DNA of 11,579 nucleotides from an uncultured Gammaproteobacteria bacterium (GTDB taxonomy: Bacteria; Pseudomonadota; Gammaproteobacteria; UBA9214). A model generated the notes under the pieces. The model made no database searches. It worked only from the letters and a program-made list of their open reading frames with translations, and had not been told where the DNA came from. Location: the NCBI GenBank assembly GCA_963827755.1, contig CAWHCQ010000015.1, forward strand, positions 1 through 11,579. Reading direction: 5' to 3'. The position numbers were made by a program, and so were the translations under genes. Of this stretch, positions 1 through 7,724 are shown piece after piece. The first letter of the stretch is position 1. Each line of letters begins with the position of its first letter.

Positions 1-24
1 AAATAACGCATATAGGACTATATC

Positions 25-840
25 ATGCAGGCAGTATCGGGTCTTGGAAAAGTTGATAGAAAACAGTTGTCTGCGATAATTCGCGGCACGAAAGGTGCTG
101 TCTCCGTCGGTGAGGCAGCCACGATTCTCGATGTGTCGCGGGTCGCTGCAGCGAAGAAGCTGGCACGTTGGGCGAGCAAGGGCTGGCTGTCACGTGTGCA
201 GCGCGGGCTTTATGTCTCTGTTCCACTGGAATCCCGAACTTCCGACATCGCGCTGGAAGATCCATGGCTGATTGCAGACCGGTTGTATGCCCCCTGTTAC
301 ATCGGCGGTTGGAGCGCAGCCGAGTACTGGGAACTGACGGAGCAAATATTCCGCACCATCGTGGTAATGACTACCCAGAAACCGCGGGACCGCTCACCGG
401 TTATCAAGGGCACAAGCTTCCTGCTGCGTACTGTGCGGCAAGAAACATTGTTTGGCCTGAAGTCGGTATGGCGTGGTCAAGTAAAGGTGTCGGTATCTGA
501 TCCGAGTCGCACCATCCTGGATGTGTTGAATGATCCACTGCTCGGTGGAGGACTGCGGTCGACCACGGACTTTCTTACCAATTATCTGAAATCGGATAAC
601 CGCGATCTTGATTTGCTGATCGACTATGCCGACCGGCTGGGTAATGGTGCCGTGTTCAAGCGGATGGGTTTCCTGCTGGAACGCCTGGTTCCGGAGGAGC
701 AGAAAGCGATTGATGCGTGCCGGGTGAGAATGACAAAAGGAAATGCAAAACTGGATCCGGCGCTTGCCTCTGACAAGTTGGTAACACGTTGGCGACTGTG
801 GGTGCCGGAAGGTTGGGCAAAGGAGAAGCCTGTTGATTGA
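25..840 (+). CDS. abiEi: Type IV toxin-antitoxin antitoxin, AbiEi family (N-terminal winged-HTH transcriptional regulator)
   Basis: 271 aa ORF with AGGA RBS at 14-17. N-terminal wHTH-like segment (VSVGEAATILDVSRVAAAKKLARWASKGWLSRVQRGLY), followed by YIGGWSAAEYWELTEQ and VSDPSRTILD motifs typical of AbiEi-type antitoxins. Overlaps the downstream AbiEii-type gene by 8 bp. Confidence 0.88.
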   Translation: MQAVSGLGKVDRKQLSAIIRGTKGAVSVGEAATILDVSRVAAAKKLARWASKGWLSRVQRGLYVSVPLESRTSDIALEDPWLIADRLYAPCYIGGWSAAEYWELTEQIFRTIVVMTTQKPRDRSPVIKGTSFLLRTVRQETLFGLKSVWRGQVKVSVSDPSRTILDVLNDPLLGGGLRSTTDFLTNYLKSDNRDLDLLIDYADRLGNGAVFKRMGFLLERLVPEEQKAIDACRVRMTKGNAKLDPALASDKLVTRWRLWVPEGWAKEKPVD

Positions 841-1759
841 TCGGCCGGAAATCATGGAATTCGCCCGAGAATTCGGGCTCGCACCGAATGTCGTCGAGAA
901 GGATTACGTGCTGGGTTGGCTGTTGGCAGGCATTTCCAATCACTCTGAGTTGGGTAATGCCTGGGTGTTCAAGGGCGGTACCTGCCTGAAGAAATGTTAC
1001 TTCGAGACTTATCGCTTTTCCGAGGACCTGGACTTCACGCTTCCCGATGCCGAAATGCTTGACGAGGCCCGGCTTGGTCAGATGTTCAATGATGTTGCTG
1101 ACTGGGTCTATGATCAGGCTGGTATTGAATGTCCACGTGACACCTTTCGATTTGAGGTCTACGAAAACAACCGAGGTGGCATGTCTGCGGAAGGACGGAT
1201 AGGTTATCGCGGACCTATGCAACGCCGCGGGGATTCACCACGTATCAAATTAGATCTGACCAGCGATGAGATACTTGTTCTGGAGCCGGCTAGCCGGGAA
1301 GTTCACCATCCTTACTCCGACAGGCCGGATGGCGGTATCCAGGTTCAGTGTTACAGCTATGAGGAGGTCTTCGCGGAGAAGGTGAGGGCGCTGGCAGAGC
1401 GGGAACGCCCGCGGGATCTTTACGATGTTGTGCATTTATACCGGCACGAGAGTGAACGGCCGGACCGTGCCAGCGTGCTACGTACCCTTGAGGAGAAGTG
1501 TGCTTTTAAAGGTATAGACGTACCTACCATGGCAGCTCTCGAAAATCGTCCAGAGCGTGCGGAACTTGAGACCGAGTGGGCTAACATGCTGGCCCATCAG
1601 TTGCCGGCGTTACCTCCATTTGAGCAGTTCTGGAGTGAGTTGCCAGCAGTCTTCGACTGGTTACATGGTGCCATGGAGAAGGCTGCACCCCAGTCATTTC
1701 CAGCAATGGGTGGCGCAGTGGACGAAACCTGGCGCCCACCTGCGATGGTTCGGGCCTGA
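833..1759 (+). CDS. abiEii: AbiEii/AbiGii-family nucleotidyltransferase toxin (N-terminal part of a probable longer AbiEii-WYL-zinc finger fusion)
   Basis: TTG start with AGGAG at 821-825. Family motifs VEKDY, VFKGGTCLKK, YRFSEDLDF, EEVFAEKVRAL and RPRDLYD. Ends at TGA 1757-1759, but the same frame stays open and protein-like afterwards. Confidence 0.9.
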   Translation: MIDRPEIMEFAREFGLAPNVVEKDYVLGWLLAGISNHSELGNAWVFKGGTCLKKCYFETYRFSEDLDFTLPDAEMLDEARLGQMFNDVADWVYDQAGIECPRDTFRFEVYENNRGGMSAEGRIGYRGPMQRRGDSPRIKLDLTSDEILVLEPASREVHHPYSDRPDGGIQVQCYSYEEVFAEKVRALAERERPRDLYDVVHLYRHESERPDRASVLRTLEEKCAFKGIDVPTMAALENRPERAELETEWANMLAHQLPALPPFEQFWSELPAVFDWLHGAMEKAAPQSFPAMGGAVDETWRPPAMVRA

Positions 1760-2268
1760 CATGCCAATGTACCACTGGAGATTATTCGATTTGCAGCCGC
1801 GAACCATTTGTGTGTGAATCTGACCTATCAAGGCAGTCAGCGCTTGATTGAGCCATATTCCTTGCGTCGCACGCAGGAAGGGAATCTATTGCTTCACGCA
1901 GTCAGACACGAAACAGGAGAGCCCAGGTCATACCGTGTGGATCGCATCCAGGGTGCAGAAGCGACGCGAGAGCCATTCGTGCCGCGTTACGCTATTGAAT
2001 TCAGTGTGTCGGGACCACTCTCGGCACAGGGATACAGTGCGACGATCGATCGGGGCCAAATCCCTTTCGTACGTCAACTTTAACGTCACGTCGTACGCCG
2101 AGGAGAAGCAAGGCCACAAGTTCTGGTCCGAAATATGTTCATCAGTGCACTTTATGCGGGAAGAAGTTCACCAGGAAATCAAATAATTCAAGACTGAATC
2201 CGCATAAAGATAAGCAGGGCTACCCGTGTCCTGGTCGTATCGGTATGTATGTGACCACGAAGTACTAA
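1760..2268 (+). pseudogene. Disrupted C-terminal extension of the AbiEii gene: WYL domain, linker and CxxC..H..C zinc-finger-like domain
   Basis: In frame after the TGA: HANVPLEIIRFAAANHLCVNLTYQGSQRLIEPYSL...LLHAVRHETGEPRSYRVDRIQGA (WYL-like R-x-I-E-P-Y and R-S-Y-R-V-D-R-I). After a -1 shift near 2025-2045 it reads RRSKATSSGPKYVHQCTLCGKKFTRKSNNSRLNPHKDKQGYPCPGRIGMYVTTKY* (TAA 2266-2268). Could be true decay or sequence error. Confidence 0.75.
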
Positions 2269-2318
2269 GTGATACCGGTCATGATGGCAATCATTCTGAC
2301 GTTGTCTAATTTAACAGT

Positions 2319-3303
2319 TCACCCCAGCTTCTTCGCCAAGTCCTCCGCCTTCAGATGCGTATATCGGCGCAGCATGCGCAGATCCTTGTGCCCGGTGATG
2401 CTGGCGACTTCCATGATATTGAGCCCTTTCTCGAACAGCCGGGTGGTGGCCTCGTGGCGCAGGTCATGGAAGCGGAGGTCCTCGATGCCGGCTCGGCGTA
2501 CTGCGCGGATGTAGGCGCGCTTGATCGCTTCGGTGGTGACGCCAGGGAAGACTTGCCCGTGCAGGCTGCGGGGCAGGGCGCGCAGCACCCGGACGGCAGT
2601 CGTGGACAGCGGCACGGTGCGTGACTCGCCGTTCTTGGTGTCCGGCAAATGGGCAGTACGGCGGTTCAGGTCGATGTGTTCCCAGCGCAGGCGGATCAGT
2701 TCCCCCTGGCGCATGGCGGTCTCCAGCGCCAGTTGCACGATGGGCAGCAGCCAGGGATTGCGTGCCTCGCGGCAGGCCTCAAGCAGGCGGGCTTCTTCGC
2801 CGGCCTGCAGGCGCCGGTCCCGTGGCCGGTTGTCGGCCGGCAGCTTGATATCGCGTACCGGGTTGTGGACGTAGATGCCCCATTCCTTGCGGGCGACCTC
2901 GAACACATGGCCCAGCAGCACCAGATCCCGCTTGACGGTGGACGGAGTGACCTTCCGCAGTCGCTCGTCCCGGAAGCGGGCGATGTCCATCCCGCGAATG
3001 CCGGCGACGTAATCGCCGGGCGAGCGGCAGGCGCATCAGGGCGCGCAGACGGTTGGTCTCGGATGCCGCGCCTTTCTTCAGGGGCGTGATCTCGGCCAGG
3101 TAGCGTTCCAGCAGTTCCTTGAGCGTGGTGGACTCGGCCTCGGCGCGGGAGACGAACACGCCCTTGTCCATTTCGACTTCGATGGCGCGCGCCCACTGCT
3201 CGGCCAGGGCACGGGTTTCAAAGGTTTTGGTTTGCAGGGGCTGGCCCTTTTTCCGGACCTGTGCCTGCCACTGGTAAGCGCCGCGTTTTCGGAAGGTTGC
3301 CAC
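2319..3303 (-). CDS. int: Tyrosine recombinase / phage-type site-specific integrase, split by an apparent 1-bp insertion near 3011-3012
   Basis: GTG start at 3303 (MATFRKRG...WQAQVRKKG...TKTF, arm-binding-like N-terminus) with GGAG 7 nt upstream. Removing one base near 3011 joins LPLARR to YVAGIRGMDIARFRDERL, giving about 327 aa. Complete catalytic set: ETAMRQGEL (R), TKNG (K), HDLRH (HxxR), TGH (H), RRYTH (Y). Confidence 0.93.
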
Positions 3304-3350
3304 TGTCACACTCCGTTCATTCGCGAACGAGTGTGACAACAGTGTGACAA
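3304..3350. repeat. Three copies of AGTGTGACA(A): direct pair plus one inverted copy; putative integrase arm-type sites / hairpin
   Basis: AGTGTGACAA at 3330-3339 and 3341-3350; inverted TGTCACACT at 3304-3312. 3304-3318 (TGTCACACTCCGTTC) pairs with 3325-3338 (GAACGAGTGTGACA) with one bulged base and a 6-nt loop. Confidence 0.75.
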
Positions 3351-3390
3351 ATAATCAGTTGGTAACCCATACAGGGGGTGTCGTGGTTTC

Positions 3391-3403
3391 TAACTGATTG
3401 ATT
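3391..3403 (-). promoter_or_regulatory. Putative IHF-binding site in the att region
   Basis: Minus strand reads AATCAATCAGTTA, an exact match to the IHF consensus WATCAANNNNTTR, 4 bp from the tRNA CCA end. Confidence 0.6.
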
Positions 3404-3407
3404 TGAT

Positions 3408-3482
3408 TGGTGGGCGATACTGGGATTGAACCAGTGACCCCTGCCGTGTGAAGGCAGTGCTCTCCCGCTGAGCTAATCGCCC
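3408..3482 (-). tRNA. tRNA-Val (anticodon CAC)
   Basis: Reverse complement is GGGCGATTAGCTCAGCGGGAGAGCACTGCCTTCACACGGCAGGGGTCACTGGTTCAATCCCAGTATCGCCCACCA. Acceptor stem GGGCGAT/ATCGCCC, anticodon stem CTGCC/GGCAG around TT-CAC-AC, T-loop GGTTCAATCC, encoded CCA, 75 nt. Confidence 0.97.
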
Positions 3483-3500
3483 TTGATTAACCAGACGGGA

Positions 3501-3529
3501 AGGGTATGGCTTTGCGGCAGGCCCGTCAA
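3501..3529 (-). promoter_or_regulatory. Putative sigma70 promoter of the tRNA gene
   Basis: Minus strand TTGACG (3529-3524), 17-nt spacer, TACCCT (3506-3501), 18 bp upstream of the mature tRNA 5' end. Confidence 0.6.
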
Positions 3530-3681
3530 ACACGGGACTGAATATCGGATCGCGCGCAGGCATCACATCCCTCGTGGCCGCCATGCGTGCAGCGCCATTG
3601 TCTGCGGAAAGCATCCAGCCCCCGGGCCCTGACATTGCCTGCGATGTTGCAGCCGCCATTCGGAAAGACCCGCCCGGATTC

Positions 3682-3708
3682 TAATGCTTCCCTGATTTCT
3701 GTCGATAA
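3682..3708 (+). promoter_or_regulatory. Putative sigma28 (FliA)-type promoter for the secretion operon
   Basis: TAAT-N15-GTCGATAA versus consensus TAAA-N15-GCCGATAA (two mismatches, exact spacing), about 100 bp upstream of the probable start at 3812. Confidence 0.35.
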
Positions 3709-3811
3709 TCAATGGACTAGCCGAAATAACATGTCTGGATACCGGGCGTGGCCGGGGCTGGTGCAGCTAAGCAGATGTTTTTGTTCTGTATTTTGTCAAT
3801 CACAGAGGGTG

Positions 3812-5572
3812 ATGGTCTTGGAAAAACTGGCGCAGTCATGGCTCGAGCAGCAATGCAATCTGATTCACGGCGCCTGCCGCGGACTGGTAATGCTGAGTGT
3901 GCAGGACAAGGGCCACATGAGCAATGTGGCGCACTGGCCGGCAGACGCTACCGGTTCAACCCTGCTGCTTGCGGCCGCAAGGAAGGCGGTGATGCTATGT
4001 CGACCGGTGATTGAACAGGGCGATGCAGCACAATCACCCGGCGGGCAAAATTTCCATGTCATCGCTTACCCCCTGGTCAGCGAGGAAAAGGCGCTGGGTG
4101 TGATTGCCGTCGAGGTCGAGGCGCAGTCCGATGTACAGCATAAAGAGGTAATGAGCCTGTTGCGGGCCGGAAGCGTGTTTTTCGAAATGCTGCTGGAGCA
4201 GCAGCATGACAAGAGCCGGGAGCGATTGACGCGCATCCTGGAGCTGGTCTCGCTGACGCTTGATCAGCCGCATTTCCAGAGTGCGGCAACATCACTGGCC
4301 ACCCGGCTGGCGAATGAACTGTCCTGCAGCCGTGTCAGCATCGGATTCATGCGCGGACGTTTTGTTACCGTGCGCGCGCTGTCGCACAGCGCCAAACAGG
4401 CTGTAAAAACCAGCCTGTTACGCAGCATCTCCGCTGCCATGGAGGAGGCGATCGACCAGGATACGACGCTGGTCTATCCCGGCAAGGACCATATCAATAT
4501 TGCTCATCGCAAGCTCACAGAGCAAAACCAGGTGACCTCGGCTTGCACCATCCCGCTGGTGAATGACAGGAAGATAACCGGCGCCATTACCTTTGAACGC
4601 AACAACCGGATCCCGTTCGATGCGGATACCGTGGAGTTGTATACGCATGTGGCCAACCTGATCGGGCCGATCCTGGAGCTGAAACGCAGCAACGACACCT
4701 GGCCGATCGTACGAATGCTGGTGTCTGCCGGCGATCTCATGAAAAAGCTGTTTGGACCACGCCATACGACGTTGAAGGCAGGTGCGCTGTCGTTGCTGCT
4801 GTTAACCATCTATATGACCCTGGCGATCGTACCCTACCGGGTTACCGCACAGGCATCACTGGAAGGCAGTGTACAGCGTGCCGTGGTTGCGCCGATCGAC
4901 GGATTTATCCTGGATTCGGATGTCCGTGCCGGTGATATCGTCAAGGCCGGGCAGCTGATGGGTACCCTTGATGACCATGAACTGAAGCTGGAGCAGCAGA
5001 AACTGAGCAGTGAAAAGGCGCGCCATGTACGCGAATACCGCAGCGCCATGGCAGGGCATGAACGTGCGCAGAGTACAATCCTGGACGCACGTATCAGCCA
5101 GGCCGATGCCCGTCTGCAGCTGGTCAACAAGCAGCTCGAACGCATGCAAATCGAGTCGCCGCTCAGCGGCGTGGTGGTGACCGGTGACCTGTCCCAGTCA
5201 CTCGGATCTCCGGTCAGCCGCGGGGATGTGCTGTTCGAGGTCGCGCCGCTGGAAGACTATCGCCTGGTGTTAAGTGTTGACGAACGCGATATGCCCGATA
5301 TTGCCCTTGCCCAGCAAGGCCAGCTGAAACTCTCGGGGCTGCCCGGCGATGCGCTTGCCTTCTCGGTCAGCCGCATCACGCCGGTGTCCGAGTCGGGCGA
5401 TTCTGCCAATTACTACCGGGTTGAAGCACAGCTGGATAATCCGCCGGCGCTGTTGCGTCCCGGCATGCAGGGTGTCGGCAAGGTCGAGATCGGCGAGCGC
5501 AGGCTGCTGTGGATCTGGACGCACAGGATGACCGACTGGCTGAAGCTGAAAGTATGGGCCTGGTGGCCGTGA
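3812..5572 (+). CDS. GAF-domain-containing HlyD-family membrane fusion (periplasmic adaptor) protein
   Basis: Start probably ATG 3812 or TTG 3818 (GAGGG at 3805-3809), not the ORF-track start at 3587. Two GAF-like segments (VIAYPLVSEEKALGVIAVE; ACTIPLVNDRKITGAITFER), one TM helix (AGALSLLLLTIYMTLAIV), lipoyl half-motifs (VVAPIDGFI...VRAGDIVKAGQLM; IESPLSGVVV...VSRGDVLFEV), a coiled-coil hairpin and LRPGM in the beta-barrel. Confidence 0.88.
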   Translation: MVLEKLAQSWLEQQCNLIHGACRGLVMLSVQDKGHMSNVAHWPADATGSTLLLAAARKAVMLCRPVIEQGDAAQSPGGQNFHVIAYPLVSEEKALGVIAVEVEAQSDVQHKEVMSLLRAGSVFFEMLLEQQHDKSRERLTRILELVSLTLDQPHFQSAATSLATRLANELSCSRVSIGFMRGRFVTVRALSHSAKQAVKTSLLRSISAAMEEAIDQDTTLVYPGKDHINIAHRKLTEQNQVTSACTIPLVNDRKITGAITFERNNRIPFDADTVELYTHVANLIGPILELKRSNDTWPIVRMLVSAGDLMKKLFGPRHTTLKAGALSLLLLTIYMTLAIVPYRVTAQASLEGSVQRAVVAPIDGFILDSDVRAGDIVKAGQLMGTLDDHELKLEQQKLSSEKARHVREYRSAMAGHERAQSTILDARISQADARLQLVNKQLERMQIESPLSGVVVTGDLSQSLGSPVSRGDVLFEVAPLEDYRLVLSVDERDMPDIALAQQGQLKLSGLPGDALAFSVSRITPVSESGDSANYYRVEAQLDNPPALLRPGMQGVGKVEIGERRLLWIWTHRMTDWLKLKVWAWWP

Positions 5573-5573
5573 C

Positions 5574-7721
5574 ATGACGCAGTCGATGTACAGCCAGTAC
5601 TGGTACCGTGTTGCGCACGTCCGGCCGCGGATTCGTGATCATATCCAGTTGCACCGCCACTATTACCGCGGTCGTCGCAGCTACATGCTGCAGGATGAAT
5701 CCAGCGGCGCGTTTCACAGTTTCAGTCCGGAGGTCTACGTGCTCATCGGCCAGATGGACGGCAAGCGCACGATTGACGAAATCTGGGAGACCACGCTGGA
5801 AAAACTCGGCGAGGATGCGCCCGGCCAGGAAGAGACACTGCACCTGCTGGGGCAGTTGCATGCCGCGGATATCCTGCAGTGCAACATCACGCCTGACATT
5901 CTCGAGGTGTTCCAGCGCTACCGCAACAAGCGGCGCCAGGACTGGAAGCAGCGCCTGACCAACCCGATGTTCCTGCGCCTGCCGCTGTGGGACCCGCACA
6001 AGTTCCTGACCCGCTGGATGCCGCTGGTACGGCCGCTATTCAGCTGGGGCGGCTTTGCGCTCTGGGCCCTTGTCGTGTTGCTGGGCACTGTATATGCAGG
6101 CATTTACTGGGAGCCGATTACCGCGGACATCGTCGACCGGATGCTGAATCCCTGGAACCTGGTCATCATGGCGATCACCTATCCGGTGGTGAAACTGTTG
6201 CATGAATTCGGCCACGCGTTTGCCACCCGCCTGTGGGGTGGTGAAGTCCACGAGATGGGGATCATGTTCCTGGTGCTGATGCCCATTCCCTATGTCGATG
6301 CCACGGCCTCGGCCGGTTTTCCGCAGAAGCATCGGCGTTTCCTGGTGAGTGCGGCCGGCATGATGGTGGAACTGTTCCTCGCGTCGCTCGCGCTGTTTGT
6401 GTGGATCAATGTCGACACCGGCATCGTCAGTGCCGTTGCCTATAACATCATGCTCATCGGCAGTATTTCCACGCTGTTCTTCAATGGCAACCCGCTGTTG
6501 CGCTTCGACGGTTACTACATGCTGGCGGATGCCGTCGAGATCCCCAACCTCAGCGTGCGTGCAAAGCGTTACCTGAACTACCTGGCGATGCGCTATTTGT
6601 ATGGCATGGACGAGGTGTCCTCACCGGTGTCGGCACATGGCGAGGCGGCCTGGTTTGCGCTCTACGGCGTTGCCTCGTTCGTCTATCGCATGGCGATCAT
6701 CGCCGTGATCATTCTCTACATAGCCGGAAAGTTCTTTTTCGTCGGAGTGATGCTGGCAATCTGGGCGGTCATCCTGCAGATCGTCCTGCCACTGGTACGG
6801 CATATCAAATTTCTACTCAACGATGGCCGCCTGCAGCAGCAGCGCACGCGTGCCCTCGGCGTGACAGCTGCCGGCCTGGTGCTGGTGGGCGTGATCCTGT
6901 TTGCAATACCGGCGCCGCTCTGGACCATGACCGAGGGTGTGGTCTGGCTGCCGGAAAAGTCGCGCATTCGGGCCGGTACTGACTGCTTTGTCACGGCCGT
7001 GCTGGCGCAAACTGACAGCGCCGTAAAAAGCGGCGATCCTGTCGTGACCTGTGAAGACCCGTTGCTGTCGGCAGAGGTCATGGTGCTGGACGCGCGCCTG
7101 CAGGAACTGCGTGCACAACACACGCAGGCGATGACAGATGCGCCCGTCGAGGCACTGAGCATCATGCAGGATATACAGGCCCTGAACGAACAACTCAATG
7201 AAGCACGCCGGCGAATGGGTGAACTGGTATTGCGCAGCACAGCTGACGGTCAGCTGGTGATCCCGATGTCGTCTGATCTCGAAGGCCGCTATGTGCACCG
7301 TGGCGCAACACTGGCCTATGTCATTAACGATGCTGCAAGCCGTGCGCGGGTGGTTGTGACGCAGGCCGATATCGGGCTGGTCAGGCAGCGCACCAGCGGT
7401 GTCGAGCTGCGTATGGCCGGAAAGCCGGGACAAGCGATTGCCGCCAGCGTGCACAGCGAGGTGCCGGCGGCCTCGGATGAATTACCGAGCAAGGCGCTGG
7501 GGACCAGTGGTGGCGGCATGATACCGGTCGACCCGGCCGATGAGTCGGGCACCCGGGCTTTGGCAACCCTGTTCCAGTTCGAGCTGGAGCTGGAGGAGAA
7601 CCTGCCTGCACAACTCTACGGTCAGCGCGTCTATGTCCGTTTTGACCATGGTGCGGAACCGCTCGGCATCCAGTGGCAGCGCTCGTTGCGGCAGCTTTTC
7701 ATGCGCGAGTTCGGGGTCTGA
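5574..7721 (+). CDS. M50 (site-2 protease family) membrane metallopeptidase with N-terminal PqqD/RRE-like domain and C-terminal HlyD-like module
   Basis: HEFGH zinc motif (6201-6215) and NPLLRFDG (6489-6512) within several TM helices. N-terminal MDGKRTIDEI...LLGQLHAADIL resembles PqqD-type wHTH. C-terminal lipoyl/coiled-coil segment (VKSGDPVV...LRSTADGQLV...YVHRGATLAYV). Starts 1 bp after the upstream stop. Confidence 0.87.
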   Translation: MTQSMYSQYWYRVAHVRPRIRDHIQLHRHYYRGRRSYMLQDESSGAFHSFSPEVYVLIGQMDGKRTIDEIWETTLEKLGEDAPGQEETLHLLGQLHAADILQCNITPDILEVFQRYRNKRRQDWKQRLTNPMFLRLPLWDPHKFLTRWMPLVRPLFSWGGFALWALVVLLGTVYAGIYWEPITADIVDRMLNPWNLVIMAITYPVVKLLHEFGHAFATRLWGGEVHEMGIMFLVLMPIPYVDATASAGFPQKHRRFLVSAAGMMVELFLASLALFVWINVDTGIVSAVAYNIMLIGSISTLFFNGNPLLRFDGYYMLADAVEIPNLSVRAKRYLNYLAMRYLYGMDEVSSPVSAHGEAAWFALYGVASFVYRMAIIAVIILYIAGKFFFVGVMLAIWAVILQIVLPLVRHIKFLLNDGRLQQQRTRALGVTAAGLVLVGVILFAIPAPLWTMTEGVVWLPEKSRIRAGTDCFVTAVLAQTDSAVKSGDPVVTCEDPLLSAEVMVLDARLQELRAQHTQAMTDAPVEALSIMQDIQALNEQLNEARRRMGELVLRSTADGQLVIPMSSDLEGRYVHRGATLAYVINDAASRARVVVTQADIGLVRQRTSGVELRMAGKPGQAIAASVHSEVPAASDELPSKALGTSGGGMIPVDPADESGTRALATLFQFELELEENLPAQLYGQRVYVRFDHGAEPLGIQWQRSLRQLFMREFGV

Positions 7722-7724
7722 TTC

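Larger units (their letters stand above)
1..3407. mobile_element. One end of an integrative element/genomic island inserted at the 3' end of tRNA-Val; other end lies left of the window
   Basis: The integrase starts about 105 bp from the tRNA CCA end in the same orientation. Att-like repeats and an IHF box lie between them, and TA/defence-type cargo follows. The second att copy is not visible. Confidence 0.75.

Noticed and set aside
1757-1800. Selenocysteine or alternative genetic code explanation for the in-frame TGA
   Set aside because: No convincing SECIS-like hairpin follows, the position is a linker rather than a redox motif, and TGA is a normal stop in neighbouring genes (840, 5572, 7721).
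3304-3339. ORF-track start of the integrase N-terminal fragment at 3339
   Set aside because: Overlaps the repeat/hairpin; GTG at 3303 has a well-spaced GGAG and gives the typical MATFRKRG start.
3304-3350. CRISPR-like or iteron array
   Set aside because: Only three 9-10 bp copies, no spacers, and no cas or rep gene.
833-3482. Functional link between the AbiEii toxin (family includes tRNA-modifying MenT enzymes) and the adjacent tRNA-Val
   Set aside because: Proximity is already explained by tRNA-targeted integration; nothing in the sequence indicates target specificity.
3587-3811. ORF-track N-terminal extension of the GAF-HlyD gene
   Set aside because: Not protein-like, covers the likely divergent promoter region, and an RBS-like GAGGG sits just before 3812/3818.
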